A DNA stretch of 63,630 bases, counting the filler, from Rhizaria sp. SCN 62-66 (Eukaryota): the NCBI GenBank assembly GCA_001724265.1. It is 3 parts of 3 records of this genome, joined end to end, with 100 filler letters (N's around TTAATTAATTAA, not from the genome) between each part and the next. Parts side by side here need not be neighbours in the genome. Positions count along the whole stretch, not along the records: positions 47,291 to 63,630 come from MEDY01000489.1; 2 more parts are not named here. The stretch is one strand, 5' to 3'. Positions 48,377 through 61,500 of this stretch are shown here, piece by piece (position 1 is the first letter of the stretch; each line of letters opens with the position of its first letter). The notes beneath the pieces are model-generated. The model saw only the letters and a program-made list of their open reading frames with translations. It was not told the DNA's origin and did not search any database. The translations under genes and the position numbers were made by a program.

Positions 48377-51265
48377 ATGGGCGACAAAAAAATGCATTTG
48401 CTGACAAAGCTTGGTATTGCCGCACTTGTCCTCGGTCTTGTCGTTTTCATTGGCGGACTCGTTGGCTCTGGTGTCATCCTTCGGAAGGCCAACACCGTAC
48501 GTTTTGCTTTTCACCTATGTCGTTGTGACGCCCTCTCTCACGCTCGCCCCCACGGTCACCCTTGCCGTGATGACCCTGCTGTTTGCTCTTCTGCTTCTTA
48601 ACGCTCTCTGCTATATGCGCGCCCATTCTTCATTTCTTATCTCGCACGTTGTCCCTCTCCTGCCTCTTTCTGCTTCCCCTCGCCTCTTCCTCGGACTCGT
48701 GCCCCTTTTGTTCCATCTTCGTGTTCTTCAACGCGCAGAGCCTACACGAGGCGTCCCAGCTCCCCATCCCCTCCGAGTCAAAGTACGCGGAGTTTACCGA
48801 CACCGACGTACGTTCCTTTTTGTCGTCATTATCGGCAACAGCAGCGACAGCAGCACTTGTGTTTTCGCCGTTTTCAAGTGCCATTCAAACGGCAACTTTG
48901 CACAAAACATCTCATATCACCCTCTGCTTTCACATCTTTATGTCCAAAATCACTCATTTTGACTCGTTTGTTTTCTTTTTTACTCAATCATCTCTTTATC
49001 TTCTTTTTTTCGTTTCTGTCCTCACCATTTTGTGTCTTATGTTGTCTTGTTCTTCTTCTACCACTTGAATATGTACACATTTAACCTCCTCAGAACGCTA
49101 ACGTGGCGCGGTTGTACTACGACTACACGTTTTTCAACATCACTAACGCAAAGGACGTGGCGCTCTCCAACGCTGTGCCCGAAGTCAAGGAAGTCGGTCC
49201 TTTCTCCTACGTCGAGTTCTGCCGCCGCCGCGACGTCGTCTTCAACTCTGACAACAGCCAAGTCGAGTTCTCCGAGATGTGCTGGAAGGAGTTCCAGCCC
49301 GACCGCTCAATCGACGCCCTCACCGGCGAGCAGCTCTCCGATTCGCAGCCAATCATGACGTTCAACTTCGTGCTCTACGGCGCGCTCGCCAAGACGGGCC
49401 TCCAGGGCAAGGAGTCGTCGTTCAAGCTCGCAGTCATGTCCACCGTGTTTAAGTCCCTCGCGCTTGCCGCGCTCTTCGGCTCGACGGCCGCCACGCAGAA
49501 CTACGCCATGTACTGGGGCAACAGCGCGGCCGTCAAGGCCGGGTTCACCTGGACCGCGTCCGGCAACTTCCGTGAAGTGCTCTCCTCGGTCGCCGGCAAT
49601 GACATCGGCTTCATGTTTGAGTACGACCTCTTCTGGGCCACGACCACCGACGCCACGGCCGTCGCCTACCGCACCGCGCTCACGGGCAGCTCCGACCCGG
49701 TGACGACGTCGTTCGACAACGCCACGGCCAACGCCATCATGTTTGGCGACTACGGCCTCACCAAGACTTTCGCGGCGCCCACTCCCTTCGAGTCACTCGG
49801 TACCATCCCCGGCACACTCTTCATCGCCGCCTGCGTCTCCAACACGGCCTACCCCGAGTACTGCAAGAGCTACTACGGTTCTTCGATGACTGCGGCCGAC
49901 ATCACGCGCCTCGGCGTCTACCTCAAGTACGCGTCGATCATGTACCTCTCTGCGGCCTTCACGGCGCAGGGCGCGACCAACTTCGGTCAGGAAGCCGCGA
50001 ACCACTACTTCCTCACGCGCTCGGTCCGCGAGCTGCTCTTCGCGACGCCCGTGGACCCGCTGGCCTCGCGCCTCGGCTCGCCGTCGCCGGGCTCCTACTT
50101 CAGCTACACTGACTGCCCCGCCGAGTACAAGGCCGCGCACGCCGCGGGCCGCGCGCTGGACCCCGACACGTGCGAGACTGAGTGGCGCACCACAACCAAC
50201 TTCGCGCTGCGCTTCCGCGAAAACACAGGCCGCAGCGACCCCGAGAACACGGAACAGCTGCTCAAGTGGAACTCGCTCACTGCGCTGCCGAAGCGCAACG
50301 CCACCGCCGGGACGGGGTACTGGTGCTCGGGCGACGTGCCCATCATGGGCCGCCGCAACCCCAACGGGCCGCCCGCCACGGTCGACTGGGGCCGCTGGCG
50401 CGTCGAGTCCCAGGTCGCGCGCGACGACTTTGTCATGGAGCTGTGGAACTCCGAGGTGCTGCGCAACGTCAAGTTCAAGAAGACTGGCGAGAGCCACGTC
50501 AAGGGCGTGCCTGTGCTCGTGTTTGGCGTCGAGGAGTCGATGCTCGAGGTCGATCCCGTGCTCGACGTGGAGGACTACGGCGTCTTCAACCTCGCTTGCC
50601 CCAAGGGTGTGCCGTTTTCCCTCACGCATCAGCGCTTCATGCGGACCGCGTTCCTCAACGACAGCAGCGTCCAGCTCCCCGACGGCATGCTGCCGTACTC
50701 ATCAAAGAACGAGATTCTGCTCTATACGGAGCGCTACACGGGCAAGACGGTCGATGCCAAGCTAAAGCTGCAGCTCAACTTCGACATCCCCGCGGGCATC
50801 CCGGGCATCTCACACCTTTACACCGCGTCCGCCGCCGACGCGACTGACAAGCGCCGCATTTTCCCGCTGGCGTACCTCACCAAGGGCGCAACGCTGACGG
50901 ACTCGAACGCGAGCGACCTCAAGGCCGTCAACAACGTGCTGGGCAACGTCGTGCTCATCGTGTTCGTCATCGGCTGCGTGGTGGGCCCGCTGCTGATCAT
51001 CGCCGCCGTGGTGCTGCTCTTGCTGGGCCGCAAGAAGAGCCAGGAGGACGGCAACCGCGAGCCCGACACGCCCTCGGGTGCCAACAGCCAGAGCAGCCCC
51101 GACGAGTTCAATGGCAGCGTCAACGGCAGCGTCAATGGCAGCATCGCCAGCAGCGGTGGCAAGCAGGAGATCCAGCTGAATGCGGTCTCCTCCTCGGCGT
51201 ACGCGCCCCGCGGCACCGACGGCGACGTCGACGCCGAGGGCCAGGTGCTCTTCCGCGCCGACTAA
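48377..51265 (+). CDS. CD36/SCARB/LIMP-2 family scavenger receptor class B protein
   Basis: Exons 48377-48496, 48739-48807 and 49094-51265; both introns GTACGT...CAG. N- and C-terminal TM helices; motifs YTFFNITN, PEVKEVGPFSYVE, FLTRSVRELLF and ERYTGKTVDAKLKLQLN; stop TAA. Confidence 0.88.
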
Positions 51266-53402
51266 GGGACAACAAGACAGACACGCGTGATAAAAGATAA
51301 GACAAGACAAAACAACAACAGTTAGGCAGTGCAGCCGTCGAGTATACTATTTGTGAACCAACGGAAAGCAAGGCGAATAGCGCAGCAGTGCGAGTGTAAC
51401 TGTGTGTTGCACCGCAATGCTGTGACTGAGTCTCGGTCTCGTTGTCGTCTCATTTATACGTGTGTATAGCTGGCTCACTGTCTCTGGTCTCAGTATGGTC
51501 TACCGAGTCTGTGTCTGTGTCTGCGCGATTATTTGTATCGTTTGTTGTTTTTCGATTACGTTTATGTTTGTTTTGTCGACACTTACTTACTTTTCGTTTA
51601 TCGTACTGTACGTTTATTACCTTCTGACTGTTAAGTGATCTCTTATAATATCCCTCTAATTTTCACAACTGTGAAAATTAATCATAGTATAATTACTACA
51701 CACACGACAACACTCCGCCTCCACCTTGACTTGTTTGTCAAAATCGCAGGTTTAGGAACAACTTTGTTCTGTTCAAGTACTCGGGTTAACTTTTCGCGTT
51801 GACCGGATGCAACAATTCAGTTCCTAGATTTGTCGTTTTTGTCACAAAGGTGTTTTTTTTTTCTCCTTCTTCTCTCAGTGTCTATGTCGTTCACAGTGCA
51901 GCGCAGTCTTTCTATTTCAGTCTCAGCAATAATATTCGCTCAGCATCAACAGCTCCAACAAATACTAGCAACAGCAACAACAACAGCCACTTGTGAGCGT
52001 GCGGAATGTAACGTCGTTGTTCATCGCACGTTTCGCTTCGCACAGTGAGTGGCACAGCTGTTGATGTATGCCCATGTACAAGTACAACTTAGACTGCGTT
52101 TTCCTTACTCTATCAAATCTTGTAATTGTTTCTTATTTCGTTGTCGGTACCTATTGCCCAAAACCATCATAACAAACATAATAGCAATAGTTACATTTAA
52201 CAACAACTACCGCACTACGACATCTAACTTGAACAGCAAATTCATCGTAGCAGCAATAGTGAACAAAAAAATGTAATACCTGAACAAATCACGACACTAG
52301 TGCGTGTGTCACTCTGTCACACTGCACTGTACTTCCGTGTTGCATACGTATCATAACCGTGCAACGCTACGTGCTGTGTCTTTGTTGTTTTTTCTCTTTA
52401 CCATCTCTCTCTCACTGCATCTGAGTTCGTATGAATGCATGCACCCGCTTCTAAAGCCTACAGATCTCACTCCCGCAGTGTCCTTCAGTCTCTCACTCTC
52501 TCTCACAGCCTCAAAGTCACACATGTGTCGCGGTCACAACTCTGCCCTGTCTGCTGCCTAGCCCTGCACTGTTCCACTCCGTCTTGCCTTAGTTCCTGCT
52601 TGTGCCTTACAGCGCTTCGCTTTCTCCCGAAACCGACTGACCGACCGACCGACCCTACACTCATAGGGGGGAGTTGCCGTCTACAGTCTCGGGAGCAGCG
52701 GCGCGCTCAAACGGGCTAACGGCGGAATACAAGGCGCGGAGTGGAGCTACAGTGGCGACAGCGACAAGTACAGGAAGACTGTCGCTGCGATCGAGTGACC
52801 GTTGTGTCTTTGTTTGAGGGCTGTCTGTCACTGCGGAGGGGTGTACGGGGCTGCTCATAGTGCGAGGGATGGTCGACCGTGATTCTCCTATAATAATGAC
52901 TAAAGCTTGACTTAAAACATTATCCGTTTTCTCAAAAGTCTATATCCACCATATTTTCCTTTTTTAAACAAACAATACATCTATCGCTTAAATACACCGA
53001 AATCTACGTCTGCATTGCTCGTGTACTAGTATAAATATCCCAAATGGCGCCGTCGCTGTGGCCTTGTGTTGTCTGCGTGGTATGGCGAATTTCAGAATGC
53101 ATCGATATATATCCATGAGACTTGAGAATTCAAACAATTTTCTAGTTTTTTCAGAGATTTAAGTTGATAAAAACTTCCAGAGAAATAGAATTTATGTACA
53201 TAGTGTAAGTTAAAATTATTTTTAATGTGGTGATATCAATTTATTCTCTATTTTTATTTTACATTTTGACGGCGCCCCTCAATTTTTACACTATTTCGCA
53301 GGATTTATAGAATACAACAGAGTCAAATTCAACTTAAATTGAAGTCAATTATATAGATAATTAATTTTTACACAAATCAATTTAGTTAGATCGTTTAGAA
53401 TC

Positions 53403-54926
53403 TTATTTGCGTGTATTAACCCGTTTCGCGAGCGCATCGTCGAGTGCCTGCCGCAGCCTCTGCACCGCTGCGACGTTGGCATCGCTCTCAACCAGCAAAC
53501 TCTGCGTCGCATCCGGCTTCACACGCGTCTCCTGCGTTGAATTCGCCGCATTACAACGCAAAGGAGCGTGGAAAGCACGCTTTTCCCGCGCCCTGACAGC
53601 CTCAACAAGACCACACGCGTCAGTACCGTCTTTCACACTGCTGCCGCTCCCACTGATTCCGTTGCGATTCGCGCTCGCGCCACGAGCAACAGCGCGCGCC
53701 TCGCGCTTGGCGGCGTTAACGGCGGCGTAGTACCGCCTGAACCGCCTGCGCAGCGCGCGCGCGCGTGCCCAGCGCTGGATCTTGACCGCAGCGGCGAATC
53801 GCCATAGCCGGCGGCCCTCGCGCAGGCGCAGTGCATCGTAGGGCGCGGCGCGGCACACGGGGCAACGCGGGGGCGCGCCGCGCTGGGTCTGGGCGCGCTC
53901 GTACGCCACCACGCACGACTGCGAGAGGAAACATACCGACAGAGAGAAACGCAAGGAGAGTGGCATGAAGCGACATTTTAGAGTGAGTTTTGGTGCATAA
54001 ATCGAGTTGATCAAAATAAATCTGCGCAATTTTAAGGTAGATGTCATAATACAGATCTATAAACTGGAATACAAAAACATAAATGCAAACGTGAGGATGT
54101 GCACGCGAATATCACGGTTAATAGGCCGTACCTCGTGAAAGACGTGGGCACACGAGAGGAGCAGCTGGTCTTCGTTGGGGCCATATCCAGACTGGCAGAT
54201 GCCACACATAAGGTCGAACCCGGCCGCAGCAATCGCGTCAGCGCCACGCACGCCCTGCTGCGCTGGTCTCTGCTGCTGCTGCTGCTTCTGCCGCGAGTGT
54301 GTATGTGTATGTGTATGTGCGTGTGTGTGTTGATGTGATTGTTGTGCCTGTGCCTGCGACTGTGAAGATGCAGGTGCGAGGCCAACGCGCCGGAGCCAGA
54401 GCGCCCGTACTTGCGCCCACGCCGTCGCATCCAGCCGTGCACCGTCAATACAGCCTCCCGTGCCAGCAGCTGCACTGCCGTTACTGATTGTTCTGTCACT
54501 GGTGGTGGTGGTGGTACTGCTGCTGCTCGTGCCAGCGAAAGCAGCAGTAGCAGCAGTAGCCGGCGGCAGCGCAGGTCCCATGCCCACGCCAATTACGCCG
54601 CCATTCGCAACAGAGACTGCACTGGTGTTTGGAGCCGTGTTGCTGCTGCTGTTGCTGTTTGCAGTGCGGGGAGGTCCAAAGCGAACTGAGCCGACGAGAC
54701 GGCCAGAGCCGCCTGCCGCGGCGAGGTTGCGGCGAAGCATTGTGGCGCTAGCGGCGGCAAGCCCGGCGTCGGCGTCGGCGGGACCGGCGCCGAGCGAGCG
54801 CGCGCCCGCGGCTGACAGCGGGCCTGTGCGCGCTGCGGGGCGCGTGTAGGTCGTTGCAGTGGCGCGCGAGGCGGCCGAGGCGCGGGGCGGCGGGGCGCCG
54901 TAGGACGGGCGCGGGTGCGCGGACAT
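53403..54926 (-). CDS. RNF32-like RING finger plus IQ motif protein
   Basis: Exons 54926-54132 and 53918-53403; intron GTACGG...CGCAG. Splicing restores the RING CGIC...LLSCAHVFHE|SC...CPVCR, followed by the IQ motif AAVKIQRWARARALRR; stop TAA. Confidence 0.82.
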
Positions 54927-55918
54927 GGCGTTTGCGGATAAATTAGGTAAAGAGGGCAATAAGGGGTTAAGTTGGGGCCTGGGGTGGAGGCTGTCTTGGC
55001 AGGGCTGGAGCCGGAGAAGCGCTGAGCAAAGCAAGCTCGTGCTCGTGAACTGGGTGATAAAGGGAGCCAGTTCGCAGGGTTAATGAGGGGTTGAGGAAGC
55101 GTTAAAAAAAGAAAAGAAAGAAAACAAGTTGAATAATAAGAAAATAACAATGATAGAGTCCAATGATGACGGGAGACGTCACAGTGGCTTCGTTCAAGTT
55201 TTAACCGTTCGAGGCGGCTTATCTTTCCCGAGCGGGTTGGCCAGCCACAAATCCAGTGGGAAGTTGCAGGAGCGCGGATATCTCGGATAGTTACCCTCCG
55301 ATCAGGGGTTTAGTTCCGCTTGTTGAAAGTTCGCTTCTGTTTGTTTTCTATATCACCACTTTTCGCGCGTGAGAACGCTTGGAGTTTGCCTAGTGTGCCA
55401 TTTTATCTTTGCAGCGCCAACCAGGGTTGTGCAGCGTTTCACACACTCGTCAGCCGGGCTGTGTTCACCCTCACGCCCCACGTTGTGACGCAAGCCAGCA
55501 CTATGGGGACTAGCAACAGCTTTTATTGAGCCCCGGCGGCCTGACAACCGCGCGCCTAAACTGGATCTATGCTCTCGTTTGTCTTGTTTTGTGCTCTGAA
55601 CGAGTGTCCACCTGGTCTGCTAAACTCCATTCCCCGCGCTCACCCGATGCATTCCCCGCCTTCTCCTACCTCGTTTCTCCAGGTTTCCGACTTCCCCTTT
55701 TCCCCGGTTTGCATCCCGCAGCCTCTTCACCCCCGCTTCGGTCAGCTCCCTCAGCGCTCCCCCCGAAAGCACCGCACAAAAGCCTTTGCTTCTCTTGCCG
55801 TTCAAGCAGCAAAGCAGTCGTCACAGTCGCCGCTGGTTCTCAGACTAACGCACTGTTGACGCTCTAACCTCTCCCCTCCGCCCCGCGCGCTCCGTTCCCC
55901 AGCTGTATTTGTAACTAC

Positions 55919-57373
55919 ATGGGCAACAAGCCTGGACAGCCGCTCCCCGCTGGGGCGCAACACCCCGCTCCTGCTGCCGGCGCCGGTGCCAGCGCTGGCG
56001 CTGGCGCTGGCGCTAACTCCGCCGCTGCGCCCGCCGCGAACCAGGCCGCTCTTGCCGCTGCTGCGCCCGCCGCCGCCGCTGCCCCCGCTCAGCAGCAGCC
56101 TCAGCCCCAGCAGCAGCAGCCTCAGCAGCAGCAGCCGGCTCCCGCCCCCGTTGCCGCTGCTCCCGCCCCCGTTGCCACCCCCGCGCCCGCGTCCGCGGCC
56201 GCCGCGGCCGCCGAGGACAAGCCCGAGGGCTGCGGCGGCTGCTTCTCTGGCGGCCCCCCGACTGACCCCACGGCCGCGGGCCGGCGCAAGCGCCACGGCG
56301 CGAACCTGGGCTCCGGCATGACGCCCGAAGACTTCGAGCTGCTTAAGGTCGTTGGCAAGGGTTCCTTCGGCAAGGTGTTCATGGTGCGCAAGCGCGACTC
56401 GGGGCAGATCTACGCCATGAAGGTGCTCAAGAAGGAGCAGCTGCTCAAGCGCAAGCAGGTCGCGCACACGCAGACGGAGCGCAAGGTGCTTGAGGAGATC
56501 GACCACCCGTTCATCGTGTCGCTGCGCTTCGCGTTCCAGACGCACGACAAGCTGTACATGGTGCTCGACTACTTCAACGGCGGCGAGCTCTTCTTCCACC
56601 TCAAGGCCAACGGACGCTTCTCCGAGGAGCTGGCGCGCTTCTACGCCGCCGAGATCGTCCTCGCGCTCGAGTGCCTCCACGAGAACACGATCGTGTACCG
56701 CGACTTGAAGCCCGAGAACGTGCTGCTGGACGAAGAGGGCCACATCCGGCTCACCGACTTCGGGCTCAGCAAGGAGTCGATCACGGGCAACACGCTGACC
56801 CACACGTTCTGCGGCACCCCTGAGTACCTCGCGCCCGAGATCATCCACGGCGCCGGCTACAACAAGGCCGTCGACTGGTGGTCGCTTGGCACGCTGCTGT
56901 ACGAGATGCTCACGGGACTCCCACCCTTCTTCAACACCAACGTGCACGTCATGTACGAGAAGATCATGCGCGCGACGCTCACCTTCCCCAACTACGTGTC
57001 CCCCGAGGCACAATCGCTACTTACGGCGCTGCTCCAGCGCAACCCGCAAGTGCGCCTGGGCGGCGGCCCGCGCGACGCGGCCGACATCCGTGAGCACCCC
57101 TTCTTCGCGCCCATCGACTGGGGGCGCCTCGTGCGCAAGGAGATCGCCCCGCCGTTCCGGCCCTACACCAAGGACGGCGTCGAGGACATCTCCAACGTGC
57201 CCGACGAGTTCAAGCGCGAGGCGCCCAAGGACACCCCCGTCAACCCCTCGGCGCTCAAGGCACGCGTCAACTTCCCCGACTTCAGCTACGCGGCGCCTGA
57301 CGCGGGCGGCGTCGCTGCTGCGACGGCCGCCGGCGAGGGCGAGCACGGCGCGGACCGCGAGATCCTCGGCTGA
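55919..57373 (+). CDS. AGC-family Ser/Thr kinase (PKB/SGK/S6K-like, no PH domain)
   Basis: Motifs GKGSFGKV, YAMKVLKK, YRDLKPEN, DFG, TFCGTPEYLAPE and hydrophobic motif FPDFSY; N-terminal MGNK; stop TGA. Confidence 0.97.
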   Translation: MGNKPGQPLPAGAQHPAPAAGAGASAGAGAGANSAAAPAANQAALAAAAPAAAAAPAQQQPQPQQQQPQQQQPAPAPVAAAPAPVATPAPASAAAAAAEDKPEGCGGCFSGGPPTDPTAAGRRKRHGANLGSGMTPEDFELLKVVGKGSFGKVFMVRKRDSGQIYAMKVLKKEQLLKRKQVAHTQTERKVLEEIDHPFIVSLRFAFQTHDKLYMVLDYFNGGELFFHLKANGRFSEELARFYAAEIVLALECLHENTIVYRDLKPENVLLDEEGHIRLTDFGLSKESITGNTLTHTFCGTPEYLAPEIIHGAGYNKAVDWWSLGTLLYEMLTGLPPFFNTNVHVMYEKIMRATLTFPNYVSPEAQSLLTALLQRNPQVRLGGGPRDAADIREHPFFAPIDWGRLVRKEIAPPFRPYTKDGVEDISNVPDEFKREAPKDTPVNPSALKARVNFPDFSYAAPDAGGVAAATAAGEGEHGADREILG

Positions 57374-58565
57374 GTCACTCGTTTCACTGCTCTACTCTAT
57401 AAAAGCGTATAAAAGCGTTCTGTATGAGTTGTTGGAGGTGGATTTTTTGTTGTTGTAAAAGACGAGTTTTGTATTATGAGTTTTGTATTATTGCTTTTTA
57501 GTTCTCTTTGTTTTTTATTTGTGCCTGTTTTGTTGCTGTGTATTCATTTCTTCTTCACATCTTATAATTACTTCTCGTGTAATGACTACGTTGCACATAT
57601 ATCGCATTAGTGTCGCTGTGTTGGAAATATATGATGTAACAACAATCAGCACGTAGAAGCTGTACTCGAGTCGTCGTGGCAACGACGCTGTGCGTACAAC
57701 AAACATCGTTCCATGATCACATCAGTGTCACGACACTGACGTTGCTCTGAGCTACTCTTGCGACGTGCGACAACTATGACTGTGACTGCCGTGATTGTGA
57801 ATGCGACTGTGATCACTGCTGCACGCTACATACGCTGGAACGGCAATACATATCGAACATTTAAACCTTGTGATGACTCGTTTTGTTGATGTTCAAGTCT
57901 TTTTGGTCTTGTTCAAGCGCCCAGTGTCGTTTGAAATGCATTCTATCTTCTCCTCTACAGAGATATATCTGAGCCAAATAGTCTTATGAACCAAACAAGT
58001 GAATAGAAAATTGCATGGATACAAGATTATTAAAGTCAATACGCTAAAGACAGCATTTATGAAGCGGAATGTGAGTCACAAGAAAAAAATGGGCTTCAGG
58101 AGGGCGCGGGACTCAGGAGAGCGATAGCAACCGATGTCACGCCCGCTTGCGGAGAGAGTAAAATCTGCAAAGGCAGCTCATTCGTGTGTCATTCTGATAC
58201 AATCACGAGGACAAACACGTGATTGTCTACATTTTTTCAATTTTACAGTGCAGTAGCAAGTCATTGTACGACGCTAAGACATTTGGAAGACAGCTTCACC
58301 GATCTCGCAGGACATCCACATAGCGCACTTCTCTTTTTTGCATGCATGCTTTCCCAGCAACTTCAATGAAACTGCAGCCACTATTGGCAGACTGCAAACT
58401 TAATGGAATATCCATAGACGCTCTGAGATCCATCGTGCACTTAATTCATTGCCTTCATCTATTCAATCCCGACACTCACCTTTGTTTGCCCACTCCTTCC
58501 CCTCCGCGCCTTTCTTTCGCTGCGTCCCGCCACGGGCTTGCCCCTTTAGTTCTGCTTCTGTCCTG

Positions 58566-61500
58566 ATGTCCACCAGCGCAGACGAGAACACTGTGCCCGA
58601 TGGCACGTCCTCCTTTGTGGCGGCGCTCGTGGTGAACGCCGGTATCGGATTCCTTCTCCTGATCCTCTTTTCTTTCCTTCGTCGGAAAGTGCCGTGGTGC
58701 TACGACGCCCGCCGCGTCGACACCATCCGCAACCCTAACTACCGCTCCGGCGACGCATACTTAGAGCCACCGCCGCGCCAGGAGAAGGGTTTCTTTGCCT
58801 GGGTTCCCCAGACTCTGCGCATGACCGATGAGCAGATCCTCCACACGTCCGGCGTCGACGCTCTCGTCACGATCCGCTTCTTCTTCTACATGTTCCTCTA
58901 CTTTGGCGCCATCACCATCTTCTCCGTCGCCGTCCTGCTCCCCATCCAGTATCTCGCCGACGGTGAGCTTTCGGGCTTCAACATGCTCTCGTTCGCCAAC
59001 ATCCCCGAGCGCTCCCACCGCGCCGTGGCCAACCTCGTCTTCTGCTACGTCTTCACTTTCGGGCTCTTCTTCGTGCTCTACAAGCTCTGGAACCTCAACG
59101 TCGCCACCCAGTCCAAGTGGCTTGCCAATGAGCAGTTCTGCGGCCGCAAGCTCACCGTCCTGGTCGAGGGCCTCCCCAAGGCCTACCGCACCGACGCGGC
59201 CTTGCTTAAGTTCTTCTCGACTCTGTTCGATAGAGGCGTGTCCGGCGCGACGGTGATCAAGGTCACCGCGCGCCTGCGCGCGCTGCTCGTGGAGCGCGAC
59301 GCTGCCGTGAACGCGCTGAACCACGCGCAGGGCCTGCGCGAGACCGACTTCGGCAAGGGCTACCCGCGTCAGCAGCACAAGCTCAAGATGTGTTGCCCCG
59401 CCGAGGCCGACAAGGTCGACGCCGTCGCGCACTTCTCGCACAAGGTCGCCGAGATCGACGCCAAGATCGCCGAGGCCAAGCGCCAGTCGCTCGAGGCCGC
59501 CACGTGCGGGCTCGTCGCCTTCAGCTCCGCCGCCGCGGCGGCCACCGCATCGCAGGTCCCGCTCGTGTCGACCTTCGGCCGCTTCACCACGCGCTGGGCA
59601 CCGGAGCCGCGGGAGATCCACTGGGACGGGATGATCATGCCGCCGATGCGCAAGCACGTGATGACCGTGGTCATGGCCGTCGCGCACTTCTTCCTAGTCT
59701 TCTTCTGGGCCATTCCCATCGGTTTCATCAGCAGTTTGACGTCGCTGGAGTCGCTTTCCAAGGTGCTGCCGTTCCTAGACGATGTTGTCAACCTTGCGCC
59801 CGCCATCAAGGGCTTCCTGGAGGGTTTCCTGCCCGCGCTGGTGATGTCCATCTTTATGTCTATCTTGCCGATTATTCTGGCCGCAATGGGCCGCGCGCAG
59901 GGCATCGAGTCTGAGTCGTGGGTGCAGATGTATGTGCTCAAGAAGTACTACGTGTTCCAGATCTTCAACTTCTTCCTGCTCACGGCGCTCGCGTCGTCCG
60001 TGTTCAAGCAGATGCAGGAGATCATCGACGACCCCACTTCGATCGTCACACTGCTCGCGCAGTCCATCCCCACGTCGGCGACCGTGTTCACCTCGTACGT
60101 TATGCTGCGCGCCTTCATGGACAACTTCCTCGAGCTTGCGCAGGTTGTGCGCCAGCTGGTATGTTTCCTGCTGGGCTTCATTTCGTCTACGCCCGACGAG
60201 TTCGTCGGCAAGTGGAACCCGGACCCGTTCAAGTACGGCAAGATGATCCCGGAGGCGCTGCTCGTCTTCACTATCGGCTTCTGCTTCAGTACCATCCAGC
60301 CCATTCTCGTGCTCTTTGTTGCCGCTTTCTTCCTCTCTGGCTACCTCGTCCACGCCTACATGTTCGCCTTCATCAACGTCACCGTGTTCGAGACCGGTGG
60401 CCAGTTCTGGCCCCTGACCTTCAACCGCATGATCGTCGGCGTCCTCATCTCCCAGCTCACCATGGCCGGCCTCTTCGGCCTCAAGAAACTCCCCATCGAG
60501 GCCGCTGTCATGGTCCCGCTCATCTTCATCACGCTCTTCTTCTGGTGGTACTGCGACACCAACTACGCTGGCAAGTTCTACAACCCTTCCGTGATGGAGG
60601 CCGTGCTGACCGACAAGGACCGCGCGATGGTGTCCACCACTGACAAGGCGCTGCTCATTGCCGGCCGCCCCGTCGCGCCACTCGGCGACGACATCCTGCC
60701 TTTCCTCGTCCCGGATCGCTTCGCTGACTGCGAGCAGCGCGAGAACACGGTCATGATCATGGGGCTCGACGCCGCGACCGAGGAGGCCAAGGTCAAGAAC
60801 ATTAGCGACGCGAAGCTCACCGCCACCGACGCCGCCATCTGCGGCAACCCCGACCGCATGCGCGCCAAGTTCAACCAGAGCGAGAAGCGCTATCTGGCCG
60901 CCGCGGCCGCGGGCTCCAATGAAAACGGCGACGTCGACTCTGACGCCGAGGCCGATGCGCACGACAAGAAGCTCGCCGCGCAGGTCGCCGCCGCCGCCGC
61001 CGCCTCTCAGGCCGAGCAGAAGGACGAGCCCGTCCTGGTGTCCTCCGCATCGATCGCGCTCGCGATCGCCAAAGCCAAGGCCGACGCCGAGGCCCAGAAC
61101 AAGCCCCCCGCCGCCGCCGGCGCTTCCGGCGCTGTTGAGGGCTCTGCCGCGTCCGCCGAGGCCGCCGGCCCCGAGGACCCGCTCACCGTGCCCCCGTCTT
61201 CCTCCTCCGTCGCCCCTTCACCCTCTGCTGGCAAGGACAAGGACGCTGGCAAGGACGGCGCGCTGGACCGCGTCGACTCTGGCGTGTCAGACGCCGCCAA
61301 GGAGCGACTCGAGGAGCTGCGCGCCGACTTCCGCCGCGCCGCCGCCGCCGTCGCCGCCGCCCGCGCCAAGCGCGAGGAGGCGCGCGCGACGGTGCGCAAG
61401 AACAAGATCGCGCACCTTGAGGCCGCGGCCGCCAACGACGCCGTGGCCGCCGCGGCCGCCGCGCGCGCCGCCAAGGCCGCGATGCGCGACGCGCGCGGCT

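Noticed and set aside
52661-52900. Moderately GC-rich island with a 65-aa ORF (52661-52858) as a small gene or ncRNA
   Set aside because: No recognisable motif, codon bias or convincing snoRNA/snRNA boxes
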